NCBI RefSeq assembly: GCF_036321535.1
Contig: NC_087455.1
Location: 310,001-374,000 of the forward strand
Direction of reading: 5' to 3'
DNA length: 64,000 bases
Source: Camelus dromedarius
Lineage: Eukaryota
How positions within the stretch are numbered: position 1 is the first letter of the stretch; the number at the start of each line of letters is the position of its first letter. Position numbers and translations under genes: made by a program. Under the pieces are notes generated by a model. The model made no database searches. It worked only from the letters and a program-made list of their open reading frames with translations, and was not told the origin of the DNA. Positions 36,001-58,519 of this stretch are shown one piece after another.

Positions 36001-39000
36001 CAGGGCCTGGCTGGGCCACCTGGAGACAGGAGAGACCCCTGTGGGTCGGGCCCTGCCTGGGCAGTATCTCATCAAGAGGCATGTAGAACTGGAGCTGGCC
36101 ACGTGGAACAGTGGGGGGTCCCCAGGCCCTGGGGGAGTGTCTGAGTGTCAGTGTCCTGCAGGCCCTGGCACGGTTCTTGGTGTCCTGCCTGGCTTCCTCA
36201 CTGGGACTTCACCAGGCAGCAGGTACCACTTCCTTCCCTGCCTTATAGAAGCTGTAGTTGTAGCCCTTGCTTTACCTCTGTCCCTTGGCCAGGGCTCTGA
36301 GAGGAGGTATGACCGGGGCTCTTGTTCTGTACCTCCCACGGGGCGGCAACAGCCTCTGGTGTCCATGTCCCCCTCCCCTCCCCTCCCCTCCGAGTCTCTG
36401 GCTTCTCCACTGACCTTCAGGGTGGGACGGGATAGGCTGCTTTCCTCCCTGACCGCTCTCAGAACCAGCCTCACTCCCCCACCTCAGCCAGCCAGCTCAC
36501 CTTCCTCCTCTTGTACGTTTTCAGTTTTGAACTGACTTAGAAATTGAGATTTGAGTGCAGCTAGACTGTGGCATTTGTGCAGATGTGGCTTCTGTGAATG
36601 AAGCCTTTGTCCCCAGCCCCGCCGTTCCCGCTATCGGTCTTCAGCACACAGGTCACATCCCTCACTAGACCCCAAGCACTGCCCATGGGTGCTGAGAGCT
36701 CACTCAGCCTCCTCCAGCCCTCAGCTCAGGGTGCGCGGACCCCTGAGGCAATGGGGTGGAAGCTGGTGTATTCGAGGCCCCCATCATGTACGGGCTTGGC
36801 CAGGCAGTGGCCCGGTGAGTCTTTCTGCCACCCTGTATCCCACTCAGAAGGGTCCTGGGCCCTCAGGACGTCTGTAGCCCAGTGGCTTTCTGGAGGTTTG
36901 CATGGCTGGTGGGGCCTGTGGAAGCGTGGCCTGCCTGCTCACCGGTCTCCCAGTGGAGATCCAGTGCCCTCAGTGGGTTCCTGCGCACCCCGCCCAGGAC
37001 TCCCTGGGCTCTGTGAGACTCCTTTGCCTGCCGCCCTCAGCAGCCCCTGGGGTGGGCCTGGGGGACTGTCTACCCCAGAGGACCCTTGGCTCAAGCCTTT
37101 GCTCTTGCACCTCTGGTCCCCACGGGGGCCCCTCCTCCCCCAGCCCTGTCAGCCCCTGCGGGGCCAGGCCCACTGCCCCTGGGTGTCTCCCAGCAGCACC
37201 AGGTGGGTGCTCAGGGCGTGCGTGTGGACAGTGAGACACCCTGGGTAGCTAAGCTGGCAGCCTGTTATCCCCGCAGGCCAGGACCCCCAGTGGGAGGGTA
37301 CGGGCAGCAACACCCCCTGCCTGCAGCCCTCATCCCCACCTCCCACAGGCAGGCCCTGCCCACATGCCCTCGTCCTGGGTCTCCCCACCTGCCACAACTG
37401 TGTCACTGGGGAGCCAGCCTCACCGGGTAGGTGGCAGCTGCCTTCTCACCTGTGCTGGCTGGGGAGGCCGATATGGAGGGGCCAGGCTAGGGGTTGACCT
37501 GAGCCAGGGAGGGGGTGTAGGAAGAGTCTGCTGCCCACTCAGCTGTGTGCTGAGGGCCACTGCCGCGCCTGGCTGAGTGCCCCCATTCCTGTAGACGTCC
37601 CCGTCAGGCTCTGTGGGGGACTCCTGGCCCCAGGATGGGAAAAGGCCAGGCCCCCAGCCCCAGTGTGCTCAAAGCAGTCTCCGCCAGCGGGCCTACCTTT
37701 ATGAAGGGCTGTAACCTCTGCAAGCCGACAAGGGCCACCCTCGAGACACCCCCTCCACCGGGGCCCCACCAGCTGAGCCTGCAGCGCTCCAGGAGAGAGG
37801 TCTGGCTCTCCTGTCAAACACCGGCACACCTGGGGCCCTTTGTGCAGTTGGAGCCCTGGGCCGGCCAGCGGAGGGTGGGGAGGAGGGGGCGCGTGCGGCT
37901 GTGCAAGTCCCGCAGGTCTGTGAGCTTCATCTCCCTTTCCTTCTTCGCAGTGTACTAACGGTCACTTGATGTGCGCTGGCTGTTTTATCCACCTACTAGC
38001 AGATGCCCGGCTGAAGGAGGAGCAGGCCACGTGCCCCAACTGTCGTTGCGAGATCAGCAAGAGCCTCTGCTGCCGCAACCTGGCCGTGGAGAAGGCCGTG
38101 AGTGAGCTGCCCTCCGAGTGTGGCTTCTGCCTGTGCCAGTTCCCCCGCTCCCTCCTGGAGAGACACCAGAAAGAGGAGTGCCAGGACAGGTAACTGGCAG
38201 ATCCTTCCATGCCCGCAGCCTGGCGACAACCTTGCAGGGCTGGCCACGTGAAGCTGCTCAGAGCCTGGGCCGATGGGGGTGGTGGGCACGAGGCCCCCCA
38301 GAACAGCACTGGGATCTGTAGCCAGTGTGTGTCTGGACATCACCCTGGCCCTCCAGGGTTCTTCCTGGCAGTGTGGTGGCCTCTTAGACACTGTCCTTGC
38401 ATTCTTGGGCCAGGAGAGCATGGCTGGCACAGGCGCTCTGGAAGTGAGTTGTGAGGCCGCACTGGCACCCCCGCCTGGCTGGTGGACACTGCTGCCTGCC
38501 GGCAGGGCCCAGCTGCCAAGCCACACGTGGACCAGAGTGGTGTGGGCTCCACCGTGGTCAGTGGCAGCTGTCGCCAAGCAGGAGAGAGACTTCACGACGC
38601 AGCCCCCATGCGCTCCTTCTCAGTCTCTGCCCCACGTGCTCTGAGCCCTTCCTGGGGTGGCACACAGGGACTGTGCCCTTCAGGGGAGGTTTGTGAGAGC
38701 AGGGCTGGGTGGAGGCCCCCCTTTGGAGGACCCCTGGGCGCAGCCACCTACCATGGGGCGCAGGCGTGACCACCGTGCTTGCGTCCTCCCCAGGGTCACC
38801 CAGTGCAAGTACAAGCGCATCGGCTGCCCATGGCACGGCCCTTTCCATGAGCTGACGGTGCATGAGGCCGCGTGCGCCCACCCAACCAAGACGGGCAACG
38901 AGCTGATGGAGATCCTGGATGAGATGGACCAGAGCCACCGCAGGGAGATGCAGCTGTACAACAGCATCTTCAGCCTGCTCAGCTTTGAGAAGATCGGCTA

Positions 39001-40967
39001 CACAGGTGAGGGCCGCCGCCCACTGCAAACCACACATGTCGGGGTGGGGCCCGGCCGCCAGGGGCATGGGGGAGAGCAGGCTCCGGGCAGTGGGCACAGT
39101 TGTACCAGGTGGACAGGCTCCGCTGCAGGGGAGAAGGTGGGCTGGAGGCTGGGCATGGAAGGGGCCACCAGGACCCTTGGGGGAAGCTGCATGGCTCTCA
39201 CAGAGGCCCCTCCCCCTGTCCTCCCAACCCCAGCCCTGCCACCCCAGCAAGGCAATGTCCTTATTGCGTGGGGCAGCACAGCCTTGGGACGGTCAGGATC
39301 TGACCAGGAAGTGAGTGTGTCTTGTGGGGTCTGGGAGCTGGGGGCCCGCCCCTTGGAGCCAGGGGCAAGAAGAGTACTTGACGTCGCGTCCTGCCTACAG
39401 GCGGTTACTGCAGTGGCTGTGGGCCTCCTGAGGCCAGCGAGAAGACAGTCAGGGCCAGGGCTCCAGAACGAGCCAAGGGTCCCCAAGTCGAGCTGCAGAG
39501 CTGGGCGTGGACGCCCCAAGATGGGCAGGCTGGACTGCACCCAGGCCCACTGGATCTCTTGGGCTCTCCTGGCCACCACTACTGCCTTTGGACACGCTGG
39601 GGAGCAGGAGTCAGGCCAGAAGCTGGTCTAGACACAGAGAACAGCAAGAAGCACCTGCTGTCGCTGGAGCTGCTGGGGGTATTCTGGTCCTCTCCTGCCC
39701 AGCCCACGCCAGGCGGCCGGCTCAGAGCATCAAGGGCAGCCACAGGCAGCAGTCACACCATGCTGCCTGGACTGGGCCTGGCGAGGTGTAGGCCTGTGTA
39801 GGCCCCAGAGGCTGAGGGCCTGGGGCCTCAGCAGCAAAAGGCCACGGCCCTTGATTAGTCGTAGCCTCAGCCATCCTGGTGGGCAGCGTATCACAGACAG
39901 TCCAGGCCAGGCCTCGAGGGTCCGGGCAGGCCGAGGCATCGTGACTGCAATGGCAGCCGGGCAGAAACAACTGGCCACCTCCGTGGAGTGACTCGCAGGC
40001 CATGGGCCGTGCTGAGAGGACAGTGTGACAGCAGTCGCCCACTGACGGGCAGGCCTGCGGCCGGCTGGCAGAGCCCAGCATTGGGCCAGACACTGGCACT
40101 CCGCCTCACAGCCCAGCGCAGGCTTGGGTGCCACGCGCCAGCCCTCCTGCCGGCTTTTCTGGCAGCTCTGTATCAGAACCAATAAAGTGCACTTGTTCTC
40201 AGAACTGCATCCTGTCTGTGTGTCTGCTTACCCACGCCCCTGGGGCGGGGCCTCTCCCTCTGCTGGGCCTTGAGGGGTGGCAAGGAGGGAGGCCAGTAGG
40301 GGCCCGGCAGGGCCAGCCGCTCACCTCTCGCAGCCTCTGGACTCCATGCAGCTAATGCGTGTCACTTCTGTTTATAGTCGTTTCCCCCAAGCTTGTGTGC
40401 GCCTCCGTTTGCCATAATCGCGTTTGACTTGCCTTGTGCCAAGTAGAGCGCATGGTGTCCTGGTAAGTTGCCTTCCTCCCTGGCTGGGCCTGTGTCCTCA
40501 GCCGGTCGGGAAGGCGCCACCACCCGGCCCTGCCCGCTCTGACTGCCGGCCCTCCCGGCCTGTCTGTCTCCACAGAGGTCCAGTTCCGGCCCTACCGCAC
40601 GGATGACTTCATCACGCGCCTGTACTACGAGACACCGCGGTTCACGGTGCTGAACCAGACGTGGGTCCTGAAGGCACGTGTGAACGACTCGGAGCGCAAC
40701 CCCAACCTGTCCTGCAAGCGCACGCTCTCCTTCCAGCTGCTCCTCAAGAGCAAGGCCACGGCGCCGCTGGAGTGCTCCTTCCTGCTGCTCAAGGGCCCAT
40801 ACGACGATGTGAAGATCAGCCCCGTCATCTATCACTTCGTCTTCACCAACGAGAGCAACGAGACGGACTACGTGCCGCTGCCCATCGTCGACTCTGTGGA
40901 GTGCAACAAGCTGCTGGCCGCCAAGAACATCAACCTGCGGCTCTTCCTGTTCCAGATACAGAAGTAG
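29555..40967 (+). CDS. ZFTRAF1: Zinc finger TRAF-type containing 1 (CYHR1 long product), 398 aa; coding exons 29555-29908, 37951-38189, 38794-39005, 40576-40967
   Basis: Ala/Gly-rich N-terminus, RING-like [34 protein letters not shown]-type zinc finger ([25 protein letters not shown]), C-terminus [10 protein letters not shown]. Exons sum to 1197 nt. Confidence 0.95.
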
Positions 40968-41312
40968 GCAGCCCGCGGTGCTGCCCACACCGCCGGTGGC
41001 AGCTTCGCAGTGCAGGCGACCACTGCAGCGACGAGGGAGAAGGAAAAGAAGGGAACCTTGGGACGTCTGCATGCGTGTGTGAAGGTGTGAGCGCTCATGC
41101 CTCGCCCTCCGCCCCACCTCCCCTGTCCCGGGCACTGGAGGCTGGGCCACCGCAGAGGAGACGCTGCTGGGGACCCGAGAGGCCCAGTGCGGCACAGCGG
41201 CCCTGCCTCAGACCCCATGCGCAGTGCAGTGGGCCACACGCCTGCTCTGGGCCACACACGGCTCCTGGGCCGGGCTCGGGGGCACTGACCTCAGACGGCA
41301 TATTTGATTGCA

Positions 41313-41318
41313 ATTAAA
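41313..41318 (+). terminator. Probable ZFTRAF1 poly(A) signal ATTAAA
   Basis: 345 nt after the stop, followed by U/GU-rich ttgtttcctactttctgttttgtt. Confidence 0.65.
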
Positions 41319-44300
41319 AAGGCACCCTTGTTTCCTACTTTCTGTTTTGTTCAAGGGAAAGGCGTGGCTGTAATCAGACAGCATGGGGTCTTTGGTTTGG
41401 CTGGGGGTCAGAGTCTATCCATCCCTGTTATTGCACCTTCCTGCCCCACACCCTCAGGAGAGACTTGGAGACCCTGCCCCCTCTGATGGGCCTGGCAGGG
41501 GAGCAGGCGGGGTCAGGGGTCTCAGCAACCCCAGCATACTGCCAGGGAGGCAGGGCTTGGTCACCAGGGCTCAGCAGACTTTTTGGAATGCAGGGTGATT
41601 TTTCTGTCCTTCCCAGGAAAAAAATTAAACTCTTTACAGGCTCTTTTATAAGTTATGCACATTTAGCAAGAGAGAATCTATCTTCTGTAGTCTCAAGGTG
41701 CAGTGTCCATAGGATGTGAGGCAAGTTCTGGGGTCTGCTGGCAGTGAGCAAGGCCTGGCTGAGCCAGGGTCTGAGTGGTCCAGCTGCCCCCAGGCTGCTC
41801 TCGGCAACCAGCTGCTGGTCCTGCGTCCAGGGCTCTGTGTGGAGGTCAGCGCTCATCAGTGGTTTCTCACCTGAGGGAGGGGGGCCCCTAGGGCAGTCAT
41901 GAGCAGGCCCAGTGGGGTCCTCACACAGGGAAGGAGCCCGGCCCTGGGAGCTACTAGGGAAGGGAGAGTTTGGGCCCTTGCTTAGGAGACCAGGCTCTCC
42001 TATGAGAGCTTTTTGTACTGTGAGAGCAGTACAAAAGAACTGCTTCCTTCACCCCTGGCCAAGCCACCCCATGTTCAGAGCAGCCACCCCACCCCCGTCA
42101 CCTCGGGCCTGCAGACTCAATGGGCAGGGCGGCCCTGGCCTGTCTCATGGCTCCTCTCTCTCCAGGCCCTGGAGGTGGGAGCTTCAAAGTGGTGTGAGGG
42201 AGCTGTGGGGAGTGGGAGCCTCACCTTGGTTACTCGGAGAAGCCTGTATGGCTTCCTGTTCCCCACCCAGTGCATAGGACTCGCGGGCTCCCCTCCCGCA
42301 AGGCCGACTCAGCCCAGCCACTGTGGGGACCAGGAGGTGCTGCGCTTGGTTCCCTGCCCCTACGAAGAACAAGCCCAGCCTTGGGGCAAAGCTGTCTGAC
42401 TTGGGCACGCCCTGGTCTTGTCCCCCTGCCCTCAGGCGGCCTGTCATCTGCAGGCACAGAGGACGACATTCAGGTGAACACTGGCTGGGTCTCCTGTGGG
42501 GGCTGGCACCCTGTCACACATCTCCATGTCTGTTGGGGACGGACGCCCTCTCTGGAGTTTCTGGATTCCAGAGTGACTGTATTTTGAGGGAAGCTGGGGC
42601 AGAGGTAGGCTTGCTAGTCTGCATGTGTTTGAGCGAGCCTGAAAGAGATGGAGTCAGCAGAGGGGCTCCCAGCAGTGCTGGTGGGCTGGGCAGGTTAAGG
42701 TATGTGGCTGCAGAGAGGGCCAGGCAGGGGCAGGGAGGAACCTGGTCTGCAGGCCTCCTTGGCCCTGTCTCAGTCCTGGGCCAGCAGCCCTGAGTGCGGG
42801 AGGTGGGGGGGGCCTGGGGCTTGGTGCTGCAGCACCAGGGTCAGCCACAGGCTGGGGCCCCGCGGTCCAGTGCCTCCAGCTGCCCAAGAGCCTGTGTGAG
42901 AGGGGGCTGGCGCCCAGGTGAGGCCCTACCCATAGGGGTGTAGGTGTGGGTCACGGGGCAGAGGGCGCCTGAGAAGACCGCTGATATGCCTGGCAGAGTC
43001 CCCGCCTGTGACAGCGACCTCAGCTGCTGAGCCTTGTGACCTGGTGGAACTGGGCACCCTGGGCGCTGTAATATACCTTGGCCACTGCTGGGGGCTGGTG
43101 CCATAAACCTCCCTGTGGCATCTCACTGGGAGTCACTGGCTTACTGGGGGATGTCCCAATAAGGAGACACCAGTGGTCTGTCTCCACGGCCCCATGCCAT
43201 CTGGGCAGCCTTACCGAGGGGCTGGGAAGCAAGCTTGGCAGATGTGAGGGAGGCCTGGGAGCACAGGTCAAGCCAGCCCCTTCCCCCTCTCCCCCTCACT
43301 TCCAGGTAAGCACTACATCTCTCTCAGTTCACCCAAAGTGAGACATTTACAAAAATAATAAAAATAACTTTTTAAAGAGTGGAGTGAAGAGGTGTTTTTG
43401 CCACTGTCATAACTGACTTAACACGTTGCTTTTGTGGTCTGTATTCTCTTTGGATATTTTCTTTTTGTTTGTAACTACAGTTTTAAGAAAGTTCCAAACC
43501 ACCTCTTGTTTGTATTTCCTTACAAGAAGACAGCCTCCCTTTGGATGGCTTCCCTGGGCTCTGACAGCCTCCCTACCCGGGGTCAGCTGCTGCCCCTGCA
43601 AGGCCCCACTCTGTGGCCTCCCTACCTGGGCTTCCAAATCTTGTTCCCTGTCTGACCAGAGGGGAAACTGAGGCACGGAGTTGGGTCCTCTCCGAAGGAG
43701 AATCAGGCCCCAGGACCTGGACTGTCCTGTGAATGCTGGTGCTGAAGGGGTGCCTGCTCAGTCCCCAGGGGCCCTGGGGGGGTGCCTCCACCTGCAGCCC
43801 ATTCAGCTGAGACAGTCTCTGCTCCCCCATCCCCACCCGCCTCCACCCTCAGCCTCATTATGCCCCTCGCACCTCACCAGCCTGCCCACCAGGCCTTGGT
43901 TTCAGGGCCTCCCTGTCCTGCCCCTGGGTCCCCGGGACAAAAGAGCACCACACCCTTCAAGAGGCAAAGAGGAGCGCCAGACACCTGCAGTCATCTTCGC
44001 ACCTCCTGCAGCTCCTCAAGCTTGGCCTTCCTCCCCCACTCCCAACCCTTTCGGCCATACACTGGCCCTGGGCAGCCTTCCCCAGACCTGGGGACCACTG
44101 GCCCTCCCCGTTACTCCCTCCAGAACAGGCCTTGCTACACATCCACTGGATGAGAGTTTTACCCCATTGGGTCTGTTTCCATTTCCACAGAGAATAAAAC
44201 TGCCCATCTCCCACTCCTTTTGAACCTCCTCTGGGGCCTCTGGGGCGCCGGCACTGACACCTGGGGCCCAGGGCCTGGCAACAGGGCAGGGGCAGGGCCC

Positions 44301-45008
44301 CAAAGCCCCGCAAGTGCTTGATTCTCTAGGTGCAGGGGCAGGACAGGCATTTAGAGGTCAGGGACCTGGTGCACCACCTCCCCCGAGCTCTACACCTCTC
44401 CGAGCTCCTGGACTGAGAAGTCCGGGTCACATCGCTGGGGGCCCAGAGCCCACTGTCTTCACGCACTCAGCACAAAGCAGTTCTGCAGTTCTAACGCGCG
44501 GACGCCGACTTTTCCAAGAACACAACAGCACTTGCTATGGTCATTTTGGAAGACGCAGCCCTTTTTCCCCTGACAGCCCTGGGGGCTGGAGTCCCCACGT
44601 GTGACGACCGTGGCCTGCTCCCTGCTGTCCCGCAGGTTCTGGGATGGAGGCGCCTGTGACTATGCCCACTAATCCAAATGCATGTGTGTGTGCGCGCGCG
44701 CGCGTGTGTCTGTGTGTGGCGGCGGCAGCTGCGGGGCCGCCCACGCGGGCTTGCATGGTTGAGGAGGGGTGCTGGGACCCCTAGGCCGCCCCCGGACCCC
44801 GGGAGTCGCCCGCCCTCTCAAAGCCGTTTCCCGCCCCGGCATCAGCCCTACTACAACTCCCAGGATGCTTCGAGCGTCAGGACTACACTTCCCGGGATGC
44901 TCCGCGGCGCGCGGGCAGGACTGGGCCTGCGCTCGGGCCCTAGGGGCGGGGCCGCGGCGGCGGAGCGAGGGCGCGGGAAGTCCGGAATCCGCGCGCGGCA
45001 GCCAGAGT

Positions 45009-56834
<11,826 letters not shown>

Positions 56835-56877
56835 CAGGCCAGCACCATGCCCGCCCTCCCTGCCCACCCAAGCCCCT

Positions 56878-56883
56878 AATAAA
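56878..56883 (+). terminator. TONSL poly(A) signal AATAAA
   Basis: 43 nt after the stop codon, implying a very short 3'UTR. Confidence 0.8.
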
Positions 56884-57009
56884 GCAACTCTGCTACCGCC
56901 TCCACCTCCCTCTGCAGCTGCTTGAAAGGCTGGTGGGAGGTGGAAGGCGGAAGGCGGGGTTTGCTTTGCTGTTGGGAAGCTCAGAGCCCTCTGGAATTGA
57001 GGGTATCAC

Positions 57010-57430
57010 TGCATATATACAGCAAGCCAAAATTCTGAGACGCCAGGTTTGAAGCAGAAAAAGGATTTGTTCACAAGGCCACCAAGTAAGGAGGTGGGAG
57101 GATAGTTCTCAGTCCACTTCCCAGAAGAGTAAGGGCTTGGGATATTTGTGGGATAAACAAGCAGGGTGGTCTTAGGCAGGGGGAAAGGAGACTGGGAGGT
57201 AGGGGAGGTGAGCATCAGTGTGCCTCACAGGTGTACCTGAGTTATTTGCTTCTTCCTGGGACCCATGTTCAAAAGTGGTGGCGCTTGGCATGATCTGAGG
57301 GGGGAGTTCTGGGCCTTCTGATATCAAAAGGGTATCAGACACGTGCAGGCCCAGGGGGCAGTGGTCCTGGCCAGTCTTAACTGGCTTGTTCAAACTGGAC
57401 ACAGCCGACTCCAACTAACTGAAAAACAAC
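57010..57430 (-). mobile_element. ERV-class solo LTR-like element, probably antisense (MER4-group/ERV1-like)
   Basis: caagccaaaattctgagacgcc..gaagcagaaaaaggatttgttcacaaggccaccaagtaaggag..gggatatttgtggg resembles the reverse complement of an ERV1 LTR U5/R; family not resolved. Confidence 0.45.
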
Positions 57431-57639
57431 AGAGAGGAAATATCTTTATTAGGACACGCAAACACTAGTAACAAAGCGAGCGTGGTCAGTGAAGCAGGTT
57501 AAAGAGGAGCGAATTTTAACGACGAAGGCAAGTTTAGGAATTTCTGCTAGTCCCAGCTTCCGTTAACCCTATGGGGCCCAGGGTCAAGGGCAGATCTGGC
57601 CACACAGAGGCCCTACAGGTGAAGGCAAAGCCTTTCACT

Positions 57640-58220
57640 ACCGCAGCCTCCAGTACCTGTCAGGCGGGACTCGGGTTCCATCCCCAGCGGGGCGGGGAAC
57701 CAGCGCCGAGGCGGGGGCGCGCGCAGGCGCAGGCGCCGAGGCGGGGCGCGCGCAGGCGCAGACGCCAGGGCCCAGCGCCGAGGAGGGGCGCGCGCAGGCG
57801 CAGAGCCCCCGCGCCATCTCCAGCACCTGCGAGGCGGTCCAGGTACTGCGGGCCCGGGGGCGGGAGAGGGCGGCTTGCCGGATGGGCGAGGGCTACGGGC
57901 CCAGGCCCGCGGGCATCGCCACGCCGCGGAGGGCAGTACTCGCGCCCGCGCTCCTCTTCTCTCCCCATCTTGGGGTCCCCTCTCCGGGCGCCCCCGGTCT
58001 CCTGGCTCTGGCTCCGCCCGGGTCCCGAAGCTGCCAGCCGTTTCCCCGGGACCGGCGTCTCAGACCGTGGCGCTCATGGCGGCCGGGCCGCCGGTCGTCC
58101 AGAGGCTCCTGCGGCCCGCATGCGCGCCTGCACCCGGTCAGCCCGATCCCAGGGCGTCCCGCTCGCCTGGACGTGGTAGCCGTCCGAATGGGAGGCCCCC
58201 ACGCACTCGCTGGGGCCTTT
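57640..58220 (+). promoter_or_regulatory. CpG-island promoter of VPS28 with probable non-coding exon 1 ending at 57842
   Basis: Dense CpG, triplicated GC-box/NRF1 module 57703-57803, donor CAG|GTACTG at 57842/57843. Confidence 0.75.
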
Positions 58221-58519
58221 CTCTGCAAGCTGGCTACTCTGGCTCAGGGGCCTGTTTGTGAGATTTAGACGAGGATTCGCTTGTAGCCGGGGACGGTCGT
58301 TTTCGTGGCTAAGTGGAATCCCGCTGTAGGCCTACAGACGGTTCTTTTATTCCTCTTCCTTAAGTCCACTCTGTTCAACCTCGTCCTCTCTGATTTCCAG
58401 GAGGGTACCTGAATGGTCTCCGTGTCCCCACCCCCGTGGACTCTTGTAATTGCATCCGCCTTCTCAACCCCGCCACACACACCCGCCGCTTGCCTTGCTG
58501 CTTAACTTGAACAACGTTG

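Noticed and set aside
44170-44200. Acceptor-like tttccatttccacag followed at once by AATAAA (44193-44198)
   Set aside because: Matches an antisense MIR word (ccattttacagatgaggaaactg), so it is most simply a decayed SINE.
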